Positions 26,907-36,431 of a stretch of 64,000 bases of DNA are shown in pieces. The translations under genes were made by a program, and so were the position numbers. How positions within the stretch are numbered: the stretch's first letter is position 1; each line of letters starts with the position of its first letter. The stretch is from an uncultured Flavobacteriaceae bacterium (GTDB lineage: Bacteria > Bacteroidota > Bacteroidia > Flavobacteriales > Flavobacteriaceae), in assembly GCA_963697395.1 (NCBI GenBank), contig CAVONX010000021.1, positions 27,693 to 91,692 of the forward strand. Reading direction: 5' to 3'. The notes below the pieces were generated by a model. That model searched no databases and had not been told where the DNA came from. It saw only the letters and a list, made by a program, of their open reading frames with translations.

Positions 26907-28313
26907 ATGAGAAATAGAAAATATAGCAACGTAGGTTTTATACTTCTTTTTGGTTTGGGCATCATGCTTTTATCCAGTTGCGAAAGGGATTTTTCGGATG
27001 ATGTGGAATTTGCAAAATTCCCTGCAGATGGCGACGTGTTTTTGGATGCTTTTTCAGCAGGATTAGATTATTTTCCTTTTGTTGACGCTGGGGCAGACCC
27101 AGAAGCGTTCAGTGTGGATACGGATGAGGTTTTTGCGGGAGATGCTGCGATGCGCTTTGATGTACCGGCTTTTGGGAACGGTTTTGTTGGGGCCGCATTC
27201 AATACTTCGGCCAAAAGAGATCTCTCGGGTTTTGATGCGCTTACCTTTTATGCAAAGGCTTCACAAGCTGCAACCCTTGATGCCGTTGGGTTTGGTATTT
27301 CAGGTGAAACTAACAATAAATTTCAAGTGACGCTCAATGGTCTGGGAATCAGTACCAGATGGGAAAAATACGTCATCCCCATTCCAGATGCTTCAAAACT
27401 TACCGATCAGACTGGTTTGTTTTGGTTGGCAGAAGGAGCTTCTTTTGAAGGGGACGAAGGTGGTTATGTAGTATGGTTTGATGAAATAAAGTTTGAAAAG
27501 TTGGGTACCGTTGCACAATCAAGCCCTGCCATTTTTGCTGGTGAAGACCTTACAGAGCAATCTTTTACAGGGTCTACCATTGCAGTTAATGGTCTTTCCC
27601 AAACGTTTAACTTGGGTTCAGGCATCAATAGCACAGTGACCGCCGCACCTTCCTATTTTGATTTCACTTCATCTAATATTGAAGTGGCGAGAGTGAGCGA
27701 ACTAGGTGAAATTTCCATTATTGGAGAGGGTACCGTAGAGATAACAGCGCTTTTGGGGGGTGTGCTCGCAGAAGGCTCTTTAACGATAACGGCTAGCAGA
27801 GGTTTAGTAGCGGCACCTACGCCAACATTACCGCAATCCAATGTGAAATCATTGTTCAGTGATGCCTATGTCAACGAAACAGAAATTAATGCCACCCCTG
27901 GTTTTGGAGGCTCAACTACAGAAACAACCATTATTACCGCTAACGAGAACTCATTTTTAACGTACGCAAATAATAATTTCACAGGCATCCTTTTTGAAAA
28001 TACGGTAGATGCCTCTGAATTGACTTTCCTTCATGTTGACGTGTATGTTCAAGAAGCTGGTACCGAAGTTGGCATTCAAATTAGGGATGTGGGGGCAAAT
28101 CAACTAATTGAAACGGACCCTAATACGGGAAATCCCATAGTTGATGATAAAGATTTTAGGTTTACGCTTACAAATTTAACCGCAGGTCAATGGACGTCTT
28201 TCGAAATTCCATTAAGTGGGGATATTGCTGCACAAAAAAATAATCTCGGTGCTTTAATACTAACAGGTGGTCCAAATTTTATTTTGGACAATATATACTT
28301 CTACAAGGAGTAA
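26907..28313 (+). CDS. surface glycan-binding-protein-like lipoprotein (CBM-like, Big_2, CBM-like)
   Basis: 468 aa with lipobox GIMLLSSC|ERD. Two beta-sandwich-like modules flank a Big_2-type Ig segment (ARVSELGEISIIGEGTVEITALLGGVLAEGSLTITA). It has no catalytic motif. It starts 12 nt after the preceding gene. Confidence 0.65.
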   Translation: MRNRKYSNVGFILLFGLGIMLLSSCERDFSDDVEFAKFPADGDVFLDAFSAGLDYFPFVDAGADPEAFSVDTDEVFAGDAAMRFDVPAFGNGFVGAAFNTSAKRDLSGFDALTFYAKASQAATLDAVGFGISGETNNKFQVTLNGLGISTRWEKYVIPIPDASKLTDQTGLFWLAEGASFEGDEGGYVVWFDEIKFEKLGTVAQSSPAIFAGEDLTEQSFTGSTIAVNGLSQTFNLGSGINSTVTAAPSYFDFTSSNIEVARVSELGEISIIGEGTVEITALLGGVLAEGSLTITASRGLVAAPTPTLPQSNVKSLFSDAYVNETEINATPGFGGSTTETTIITANENSFLTYANNNFTGILFENTVDASELTFLHVDVYVQEAGTEVGIQIRDVGANQLIETDPNTGNPIVDDKDFRFTLTNLTAGQWTSFEIPLSGDIAAQKNNLGALILTGGPNFILDNIYFYKE

Positions 28314-28340
28314 TGGGGCCTATCTAAAGTAAAATGTAAG

Positions 28341-29171
28341 ATGAATAGAGAAAATATGAAACAATATAAAAGTATAGTGTTGGGATTCATGGCCATATTT
28401 CTAGTTTGCTGTGAAACGGAAGACACACAGACGGTCACCACATTTACCGAATTGGTCTTAGCCGAAGAATTTGATACGGATGGCCCAGTTAATTCTTCCG
28501 TCTGGGGATTTGAAATAGGAATTGGTGAAAACGGCTGGGGAAATCAAGAACTCCAGTACTACACGGACAGATCTGAAAATGTTACCGTCCAAAACGGAAA
28601 ACTGTTGATTACGGCCCAACAAGAATCTTTTGAAGGCTCCAGCTATACTTCAGCACGGTTGATCACAAAGGATAAGTTTGAACAAAAATACGGTCGTTTC
28701 GAAGCAAGAATCCGTCTCCCTTATGGAAAGGGTATTTGGCCCGCATTTTGGATGCTCGGAGCGGATATTGATGAGAATCCTTGGCCAGGAGCAGGTGAAA
28801 TAGACATCATGGAATATCGTGGGCAAAATCCTTCGGTTTTAATAGGTAGTGTGCATGGCCCTGGATATAATGGCGGAAACGCTATATCCAAAGAGTTTAC
28901 TCTTGAGAATGACCGCTTTGATACGGGCTTTCACATATTTGGAATAGAATGGGGTCCTGAATATATCAATTTTTATGTTGATGATGTTCTGTATAACCAG
29001 ATTACGCCAGAGGATGTAACAGGTCCTTGGGTATTTGACAAGCCCTTTTTTATTTTAATGAATCTTGCTGTTGGCGGCACATTTGTAGGTTCGCCCAATG
29101 CAGAAACGGTTTTCCCTCAGACCATGGTGGTAGACTATGTAAGAGTATATGATTATAACGAACTGTATTAA
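28341..29171 (+). CDS. GH16 endo-beta-1,3-glucanase (laminarinase-type) lipoprotein
   Basis: 276 aa with lipobox AIFLVCC|ETED. The GH16 catalytic motif ExDxxE is present as GEIDIMEYRG, together with WPAFWMLG. Confidence 0.9.
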   Translation: MNRENMKQYKSIVLGFMAIFLVCCETEDTQTVTTFTELVLAEEFDTDGPVNSSVWGFEIGIGENGWGNQELQYYTDRSENVTVQNGKLLITAQQESFEGSSYTSARLITKDKFEQKYGRFEARIRLPYGKGIWPAFWMLGADIDENPWPGAGEIDIMEYRGQNPSVLIGSVHGPGYNGGNAISKEFTLENDRFDTGFHIFGIEWGPEYINFYVDDVLYNQITPEDVTGPWVFDKPFFILMNLAVGGTFVGSPNAETVFPQTMVVDYVRVYDYNELY

Positions 29172-29188
29172 CAATAAACAAAAAACGA

Positions 29189-31510
29189 ATGGAACAATTA
29201 TTTAAAAAAACGAAGCTCCTTTCCCTACTTATCTTGGCAATCTCTTTCCAAGGTTGTGAGGATGATGATGAAGTTTTACCACAAGTTATTGCCGACTTTA
29301 CATATACCCTAAACGAAGATTCGGGAACCATCAGATTTATTAACACTTCGGAAGGAGCCAGTTCCTACAAATGGGATTTTGATAATGGAGAAACCTCTTC
29401 TGAGATCAATCCGGTCAGGACCTTTGAAAATGGCACTTACACTGTGGTACTAGAGGCCTCTAATGTTGCCGGTGCCGCAGCTACGTTTACGGACGAGATT
29501 ACAGTTCAGGTCGATAATCAAACCCCAGAACCAGGTTTTGATGCTGGCCTTTTGACCAATGGTGATTTTGAAACTGGCGATGATCCATGGATAGGTGGAG
29601 GGCGCAATATTGTGACCGAGGGCGGAAACAGTTTCAATTCCGTAGACGTAACTGTAGCGGGGAATCCATTTGACGTAAACCTAAGCCAAATGGTTGAGCT
29701 CACCCAGGGTACAAATTATATTTTGACCTTTGATGCCTCGGCCAGCGTGGCCCGTACCATACTTGCGGGTATTGGTCTGAACGAGGCGCCGTTTACCAGC
29801 ACGGCACCATCGGTGAACCTGACCACGGATACCCAAACCTTTACCTTGCAGCTTGCCGCGAATGACTTTGGCGGTGCAAACAGTCGCGTACTGTTTGATA
29901 TGGGCGCCGAGGTGGGGACCGTTGTGATAGACAACGTGTCCTTGGTTGAAGGTGGAGATGGAAGTGATACCAACGGCGGCGGAACTTTAGACCAAGGAGA
30001 GATTTCCGAAGCGTGTGCCGGAAGTCTGATTCAAGATTACGAAATGGCGGACAACAGTATTTTCAGTGATTTTGGAGGCGGTACGGCCTTGATTATCGAC
30101 AATCCGAATACCGCGGTAAACACGAGCGCGAAGGTTGGACAGATGCAGAAATTTAATGACCAACCTTTTGGGGGAACAACAATGTCCTTGGGGGGAGCGG
30201 TTGATTTTTCCAATGGCGAGATCTTTACAATGGACGTATATTCTCAAAGGGCAGCTGCCTTGACCTTTAAGCTGGAAGGCTTGAACATAGAAAAGGTCAT
30301 TAGCACCGCGGGAACTGGTTGGGAAACCATGACCTTTGATTTTACCGGCGAGACCGGGGCAGTGGACGTATCCGCGATTACTCTTATTTTTGACAATGGG
30401 ACCAATGGGGATGCAGCGGGAGATCCGGATGCGTGGACCTTCTTGTTCGATAACCTAAGACTTTGTGACGGAGGCGGCGGAACTTCAGACCAAGGGGAGA
30501 TTTCCGAAGCGTGTGCCGGAAGTCTGATTCAAGATTACGAAACGGCGGACAACAGTATTTTTGGTGATTTTGGAGGCGGTACGGCCTTGATTATCGATAA
30601 TCCGAATACCGCGGTAAACACGAGTGCGAAGGTTGGACAGATGCAGAAATTTAATGACCAACCTTTTGGGGGAACAACAATGTCCTTGGGGGGAGCGGTT
30701 GATTTTTCCAACGGCGAGATCTTTACAATGGACGTATATTCTCAAAGGGCAGCTGCCTTGACCTTTAAGCTGGAAGGCTTGAACATAGAAAAGGTCATTA
30801 GCACCGCGGGAACTGGTTGGGAAACCATGACCTTTGATTTTACCGGCGAGACCGGGGCAGTGGACGTATCCGCGATTACGCTTATTTTTGACAATGGGAC
30901 CAATGGGGATGCAGCGGGAGATCCGGATGCGTGGACCTTCTTGTTCGATAACCTAAGACTTTGTGACGGCGGCGGTAGCGGCGGCGGTGATTGCCCTGCT
31001 CCTCCAGTGGGAGATTTAATTTCAAATGGTAATTTCGAAGCAGGTGTTGGTTGCTGGCAATTACTTCAGAACGGTGGTACTGTTACACTTTCAACTACAG
31101 AAAGTAATGGAGGTGGTACTAATTCCGCCCAAATTCAAACCGGGCCAGGTGTAAATCCAGGTATTAAACAAGAAAGAGCTGGAGTGGGGGTATATTTACC
31201 CAATACGCAATATACAGTTACATTTGATATTAAAGCTTCAACACCTCTTGCTACTGGAGCTGTCTTTAAGGCATTTACATTTTCAGAAGGTGGCGATGGT
31301 TCTTCAACTCCTGCCACTCAACATATACTTGAAGGAGGACTTGCTACTGTTTCCAATACGTGGGAAACAAAGACCTATACCTTTACATCGGCAGCAAATG
31401 CAGATCAAGTAGCCGGTGGGATTTCATTTTTAGCTGAGCTAGTTTGTGGACCTGCGGGATGCGAAGGTGTTATAAATATTGACAATGTTTCTATTGTGCC
31501 TAACCCATAG
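29189..31510 (+). CDS. multi-domain glycan-binding lipoprotein: PKD, CBM4_9-like, 2 x duplicated 166-aa module, CBM4_9-like
   Basis: 773 aa with lipobox LAISFQGC|EDDD. It has a PKD domain (YKWDFDNGETSSEINPVRTFENGTYTVVLEASN). Two CBM4_9-like modules are present (LLTNGDFETGDDPW...VIDNVSLVEG and LISNGNFEAGVGCW...INIDNVSIVPNP). The central module is duplicated almost perfectly. Confidence 0.8.
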   Translation: MEQLFKKTKLLSLLILAISFQGCEDDDEVLPQVIADFTYTLNEDSGTIRFINTSEGASSYKWDFDNGETSSEINPVRTFENGTYTVVLEASNVAGAAATFTDEITVQVDNQTPEPGFDAGLLTNGDFETGDDPWIGGGRNIVTEGGNSFNSVDVTVAGNPFDVNLSQMVELTQGTNYILTFDASASVARTILAGIGLNEAPFTSTAPSVNLTTDTQTFTLQLAANDFGGANSRVLFDMGAEVGTVVIDNVSLVEGGDGSDTNGGGTLDQGEISEACAGSLIQDYEMADNSIFSDFGGGTALIIDNPNTAVNTSAKVGQMQKFNDQPFGGTTMSLGGAVDFSNGEIFTMDVYSQRAAALTFKLEGLNIEKVISTAGTGWETMTFDFTGETGAVDVSAITLIFDNGTNGDAAGDPDAWTFLFDNLRLCDGGGGTSDQGEISEACAGSLIQDYETADNSIFGDFGGGTALIIDNPNTAVNTSAKVGQMQKFNDQPFGGTTMSLGGAVDFSNGEIFTMDVYSQRAAALTFKLEGLNIEKVISTAGTGWETMTFDFTGETGAVDVSAITLIFDNGTNGDAAGDPDAWTFLFDNLRLCDGGGSGGGDCPAPPVGDLISNGNFEAGVGCWQLLQNGGTVTLSTTESNGGGTNSAQIQTGPGVNPGIKQERAGVGVYLPNTQYTVTFDIKASTPLATGAVFKAFTFSEGGDGSSTPATQHILEGGLATVSNTWETKTYTFTSAANADQVAGGISFLAELVCGPAGCEGVINIDNVSIVPNP
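29975..30970 (+). repeat. in-frame tandem duplication, 2 x 498 bp, near-identical
   Basis: 29975-30472 and 30473-30970 differ at only about 8-9 positions by my reading. Each copy encodes DQGEISEACAGSLIQDYE.ADNSIF.DFGGGTALIIDNPNTAVNTSAKVGQMQKFNDQPFGGTTMSLGGAVDFSNGEIFTMDVYSQRAAALTFKLEGLNIEKVISTAGTGWETMTFDFTGETGAVDVSAITLIFDNGTNGDAAGDPDAWTFLFDNLRLCDGGG. Confidence 0.95.
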
Positions 31511-31611
31511 GACGAACTGATGTTTGATAGTTGAATTACCTATTGGACAGCTTATTACATAAATGATTTTGTTCCCTAACAAATAAAGGAACATCTCTTA
31601 AAAACCAAAAT

Positions 31612-31649
31612 AGGTTGGCATTAAAGCTATTTTTGCCAACCTACTTTTT
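31612..31649 (+). terminator. rho-independent terminator between the two halves of the glucan locus
   Basis: A 9-bp stem, AGGTTGGCA (31612-31620) pairing with TGCCAACCT (31634-31642), encloses a 13-nt loop and is followed by ACTTTTT. Confidence 0.65.
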
Positions 31650-31679
31650 AGATTTAACGAATAAAGGCAGGAATCGTCA

Positions 31680-34600
31680 ATGTCGCAAAAAGAAAATAAT
31701 ATAGATAGTTCTAAAAAAAGGCATATGCAAAAGGAAATTACGTGCAAACTGGTTCGATTTGAAAATGAGAACTACTACAAGATCTCCAATAATGATGCCA
31801 TGAGGCCTTTCTTTATGAGCATTGTTAGTGAATCTAACCATTGGATGTTCATTTCTAGCAATGGCGGATTGAGCGCAGGTAGAAAAGACAGCGATAACGC
31901 GCTATTTCCCTATTACACAGATGATAAGATTACAGAATCTTTTGATACTACTGGTAGTAAAACTATTTTTCAGGTGACTAGTTCTGGCCACAATAGTGCA
32001 TGGGAACCTTTTTCGAATAGATATACAGGTGTTTTCAACATTACCAGAAATTTGTATAAAAATGAATATGGCAATAAAGTTGTTTTCGAAGAAATAAACC
32101 ACGATTTAGGTCTAACATACCAATATCAATGGAATTCAAGTAATCTTTTTGGTTTTGTTAGAAAGAGTAAACTAATCAACCATGCAGAAAGGATTGTTCA
32201 AGTTAAAGTCTTGGACGGAATCCAAAATATTATGCCATTCGGGGTTGCTGCAAGTACACAGCAGGCTAGCAGTAATTTGGTTGACGCTTATAAAAGGAGT
32301 GAGTTGATAAAAGATTCAGGATTAGGGATTTTTGCCCTAAGTGCCATAATTGTGGATAAAGCAGAACCTAGCGAAGCTTTGAAAGCCAACGTAGTATGGT
32401 CGCTTGGTCTTGATAACCCTAAGTTTTTGTTATCTGCCTTACAGTTAGATGATTTTAGATTAGGTAATGACATTAGCGAAGAGGTAGACGTTAAGGCGGA
32501 AAGGGGGGCTTATTTTGCGGTCACCGAAGTGGAGCTTAACAGTGGCAATGAAAAAGAATGGGCAATAGTGGCCGATGTTAATAAAAGCTCGGCAAAAGTT
32601 ATCAGTATTTCTGAAAAAATTAAATCAAAACAATGGGATTGGAAAGCGGTTTTTGAAGATGTTGAATTAGGTACTAAAAATCTTTTAAAACTGGCCAATG
32701 CTTCTGATAGTAAACAGCTTACAGCTGATAAAAGGAGAAATACCCGGCATTATTCCAATGTGATGTTTAATATCATGCGAGGTGGAATTTTTGACAATAA
32801 TTATACTATTGAAAAGGAGGATTTTGTTCAATACATTTCCAAAGCAAATAATAAGGTTTATGATAAAAACATAGAAACTTTAACTAAGCTGCCCCAAACT
32901 TTTGAACAAAAACATTTGAAAGCAATAGCTTTGAAAAGTGATGATAAGGATTTTAGTAGGTTGTGCTTTGAGTATTTGCCGTTAAAATTTAGTAGACGTC
33001 ATGGTGACCCCAGTCGTCCTTGGAATAAGTTTTCTATAAATACGGTTACTGAGGAAGGTAAAAAAGTATTGGATTATGAGGGTAATTGGAGGGATATTTT
33101 TCAGAATTGGGAAGCTCTGGTCCATTCCTATCCAAGCTTCATAGACAGTATGATCTTTAAATTCTTGAACGCAACCACTTTTGATGGTTATAATCCCTAT
33201 AGGGTGACCAAAGATGGTTTTGATTGGGAAACGATTGAGCCAGACGATCCTTGGTCTTATATTGGCTATTGGGGGGATCACCAAATTATCTATTTATTGA
33301 AGTTTTTAGAGTTCAGTGAGAATCATCACCCTGGAAATCTGGTCAATTACCTAAGCAAGAAAATTTTTGTTTATGCCAATGTTCCCTATAAGATAAAGCC
33401 TTATCAAGCTATTTTAAAAAATCCGAAGGATACTATAATTTTTGATGAAGAACAGGATGCTTCAATCCGCGAAGATCGATTGCATCTTGGAGCTGACGGA
33501 GCCTTGTTGAAAAACCCTCAAGCATCTATTTATAAGGTAAACTTACTGGAAAAATTGTTGGCGACCGTTATGGCAAAGGTATCCAATTTTATTCCGGAAG
33601 GAGGTATATGGATGAATACCCAAAGACCGGAATGGAACGATGCCAACAACGCCTTGGTAGGAAATGGGGTTTCTATGGTAACCTTATATTATTTACGGCG
33701 TTTTTTAACCTTTTTCAAGGAGCTTATATCGAATACATCCGATGGCGGACTAAGTGTATCCATAGAGCTTAAAAACTTTTTTGATTCCGTCCTAGGACTA
33801 CTGCAGCAACATACATCTTGTTTAAACAGGAACATCACCAATACAGAACGTAAAACGATTATGGATGGTTTGGGTAACGCGGCAAGTAGCTATCGCTCAA
33901 ATATTTATGATAATGGATTTTCAGCAAAGGAGGGGAATATCGCTAAAAATGAGTTGTTAAGGTTCACGGAATTGGTACTTTTATTTTTAGACCATTCCAT
34001 TAAGGCAAATAAAAGAAGCGACAATTTGTACCACGCTTATAATTTAATGACGGTAGAGAATGACAAGGAAGTTTCTATATCCTATTTATCACAGATGTTG
34101 GAAGGTCAGGTAGCGGCCTTAAGTTCAGGGTATTTATCAGGAATAGAATCGGTACAACTATTGGATGGTCTAAAAAACAGTAAATTATTTAGGGAGGATC
34201 AATATAGTTACTTGTTATATCCCAATAAGGATTTGCCAAAATTTATAGATAGGAATAATATACCTTCAGAAAAAATAGAAAAATCCGAATTGATAAACCA
34301 GTTATTAACGGATGGTAATATCAGTATAGTAGAACGGGATATTACGGGTGGTTATCATTTTAACGGGTCTTTTAATAATGCCGACAGTCTAAAAAATGCC
34401 CTATCTAAATTGCCACAAAGCCAATATGGGGATTTGATAGCAAAGGATGAGGGATTTTTGTTCTCGATTTTTGAATCGATTTTTGATCATAAATCTTTTA
34501 CCGGTAGGTCAGGAACGTTCTATGGTTATGAAGGTTTAGGTTCTATTTATTGGCATATGGTTTCAAAGTTGTTATTGGCCGTGCAAGAGACTTGTTGGAA

Positions 34601-35135
34601 AGCCATTAACGACCAAGAGAGTGAAGAAACCATTGGACGTTTGTTAGAGCATTATTATGAGATTAATGAAGGTATTGGAGTCCATAAATCGCCAGAACTG
34701 TACGGAGCTTTCCCTACGGATCCCTATTCTCATACTCCAGCAGGAAAAGGGGCACAGCAACCAGGAATGACCGGTCAAGTAAAAGAGGATATCCTATGCA
34801 GGTTTGGGGAATTAGGTGTTTTTGTGGAAAATGGGGTTCTTATTTTTAGACCAAGGCTGTTACGGAAAGAAGAGTTCTTGAAAGCTCCGGCCACATTTAC
34901 CTATACTTCATTACGATCAAAAAAGAAGCAGTTGCAACTAGAGAAGCATAGCCTTTGTTTTACCTATTGTCAAGTACCCATAATTTACAAATTATCCGGT
35001 GATACTGGAATGATAGTACAGTTTAACAATGGTAAATTCCTATCATTTAGTGATTTAAAACTTGATGCCTCAACAAGTAACAAGGTATTTGAAAGAACTA
35101 ATGAAATCGAACAAATTATTGTATCGATCAATTAA
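31680..35135 (+). CDS. large cytoplasmic glycan phosphorylase-like protein; candidate beta-1,3-glucan phosphorylase (GH149/GH94-like)
   Basis: 1151 aa with no signal peptide. Its size and locus context match the bacterial GH149-type enzymes reported in laminarin loci. Motifs such as RPEWNDANNALVGNG and PGMTGQVKE resemble the (alpha/alpha)6 phosphorylase catalytic region. The assignment comes from memory of the family and is not a search result. Confidence 0.55.
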   Translation: MSQKENNIDSSKKRHMQKEITCKLVRFENENYYKISNNDAMRPFFMSIVSESNHWMFISSNGGLSAGRKDSDNALFPYYTDDKITESFDTTGSKTIFQVTSSGHNSAWEPFSNRYTGVFNITRNLYKNEYGNKVVFEEINHDLGLTYQYQWNSSNLFGFVRKSKLINHAERIVQVKVLDGIQNIMPFGVAASTQQASSNLVDAYKRSELIKDSGLGIFALSAIIVDKAEPSEALKANVVWSLGLDNPKFLLSALQLDDFRLGNDISEEVDVKAERGAYFAVTEVELNSGNEKEWAIVADVNKSSAKVISISEKIKSKQWDWKAVFEDVELGTKNLLKLANASDSKQLTADKRRNTRHYSNVMFNIMRGGIFDNNYTIEKEDFVQYISKANNKVYDKNIETLTKLPQTFEQKHLKAIALKSDDKDFSRLCFEYLPLKFSRRHGDPSRPWNKFSINTVTEEGKKVLDYEGNWRDIFQNWEALVHSYPSFIDSMIFKFLNATTFDGYNPYRVTKDGFDWETIEPDDPWSYIGYWGDHQIIYLLKFLEFSENHHPGNLVNYLSKKIFVYANVPYKIKPYQAILKNPKDTIIFDEEQDASIREDRLHLGADGALLKNPQASIYKVNLLEKLLATVMAKVSNFIPEGGIWMNTQRPEWNDANNALVGNGVSMVTLYYLRRFLTFFKELISNTSDGGLSVSIELKNFFDSVLGLLQQHTSCLNRNITNTERKTIMDGLGNAASSYRSNIYDNGFSAKEGNIAKNELLRFTELVLLFLDHSIKANKRSDNLYHAYNLMTVENDKEVSISYLSQMLEGQVAALSSGYLSGIESVQLLDGLKNSKLFREDQYSYLLYPNKDLPKFIDRNNIPSEKIEKSELINQLLTDGNISIVERDITGGYHFNGSFNNADSLKNALSKLPQSQYGDLIAKDEGFLFSIFESIFDHKSFTGRSGTFYGYEGLGSIYWHMVSKLLLAVQETCWKAINDQESEETIGRLLEHYYEINEGIGVHKSPELYGAFPTDPYSHTPAGKGAQQPGMTGQVKEDILCRFGELGVFVENGVLIFRPRLLRKEEFLKAPATFTYTSLRSKKKQLQLEKHSLCFTYCQVPIIYKLSGDTGMIVQFNNGKFLSFSDLKLDASTSNKVFERTNEIEQIIVSIN

Positions 35136-35147
35136 GTTAAAAATGGC

Positions 35148-36431
35148 ATGAAGAACATACATCTAAATATAGGAAACATCGCCTTGTTACTATTACTAGT
35201 GATGTTCTCTTGTAAATCCGAGTCAAAAAATGAAAACCAAAAGGAAACCGTGACAGAAAAGAAGAGTATCAGAGCAGCGGAGATTCTTGGGAATCCTGAT
35301 TATTTAGCCATGTCCTACGGGGGATATAGACATGCCGACCATGATATAGAGCCTACCATATCAGAATTGAAAGAGGATATGAAAATCCTCTCGGCCATGG
35401 GCATAAAAATGATACGGACCTATAAGGTGCATCTGCCACATGCGGCCAATGTACTAGAGGCAATTAGTGAACTTAAAAAAGAAGATCCTGCGTTTGAAAT
35501 GTACGTCATGCTTGGTGCGTGGATAGACTGTAAGTACGCGTGGACAGATCAAGAGCCCGATCACGATCAGGAAAGTGAACGCAATGCCGTAGAAATAAAG
35601 GAGACCGTGCGCTTGGCCAAGGCTTATCCGGATATTGTAAAGGTAATTGCCGTGGGCAACGAGGCCATGGTGAAATGGGCGGCAAGTTATTTTGTGCAAC
35701 CTGGGGTTATTTTAAAATGGGTAAATCATCTGCAGGAATTAAAAAAAGCAGGGGAATTGACCGAAGACCTGTGGATTACCAGTTCAGATAATTTTGCATC
35801 TTGGGGTGGGGGAGATGCCGAGTACCACGTAGAGGACTTGAACAAACTTATTGCTGCGGTAGATTTTCTATCCGTGCACACCTATCCTATGCATGATACG
35901 CACTACAACCCAGCTTTCTGGGGTGTGCCGCTAGATGAAATAGCACTTTCCAAGGAGGAAAAAATTGAGGCGTCCATGCTCCGGGCCAAGAAATATGCCA
36001 TCGCTCAGTATCAAAGTGTAAAGGCCTATATGCAAAACCTAGGGATAAACAAGCCCATACATATCGGGGAAACCGGATGGGCAACCATGGCAAGCGGCCA
36101 CTATGGCCCCAATGGTTCTAAAGCTACAGACGAGTATAAGGAAGCCCTTTATTATAAATACATGCGAGATTGGACCAATAGTGAAGGTATTTCATGTTTT
36201 TATTTTGAAGCTTTTGACGAACCTTGGAAAGATGCAGCAAACCCCAGTGGGTCAGAGAACCATTTTGGCTTGATCACGGTAGACGGCCGGGCAAAATTTG
36301 CACTATGGGCTAGGGTAGATGAAGGCATATTTAAGGGCATATCCCGTGGTGGTAAGCCCATAACAAAAACGTATGATGGTGACAGGCAAAAATTAATGAA
36401 AGAAGTTTTACTGCCCCCATCAAAACAATGA
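35148..36431 (+). CDS. GH17 beta-1,3-glucanase lipoprotein
   Basis: 427 aa with lipobox LLVMFSC|KSES. The GH17 acid/base motif is AVGNEAMV and the nucleophile motif is HIGETGWAT. Confidence 0.85.
   Translation: MKNIHLNIGNIALLLLLVMFSCKSESKNENQKETVTEKKSIRAAEILGNPDYLAMSYGGYRHADHDIEPTISELKEDMKILSAMGIKMIRTYKVHLPHAANVLEAISELKKEDPAFEMYVMLGAWIDCKYAWTDQEPDHDQESERNAVEIKETVRLAKAYPDIVKVIAVGNEAMVKWAASYFVQPGVILKWVNHLQELKKAGELTEDLWITSSDNFASWGGGDAEYHVEDLNKLIAAVDFLSVHTYPMHDTHYNPAFWGVPLDEIALSKEEKIEASMLRAKKYAIAQYQSVKAYMQNLGINKPIHIGETGWATMASGHYGPNGSKATDEYKEALYYKYMRDWTNSEGISCFYFEAFDEPWKDAANPSGSENHFGLITVDGRAKFALWARVDEGIFKGISRGGKPITKTYDGDRQKLMKEVLLPPSKQ

Noticed and set aside
29987-30745. Two nearly identical 86-aa minus-strand ORFs (29987..30247 and 30485..30745)
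   Set aside because: They are exactly 498 bp apart, which is the period of the sense-strand in-frame duplication. The apparent conservation is a by-product of that duplication, not evidence of an antisense gene.
29975-30970. The large tandem repeat as a possible CRISPR array, satellite or mobile-element terminal repeat
   Set aside because: There are only two units with no spacers. It sits perfectly in frame inside a long ORF and encodes a folded-domain-like module. It is a domain duplication.
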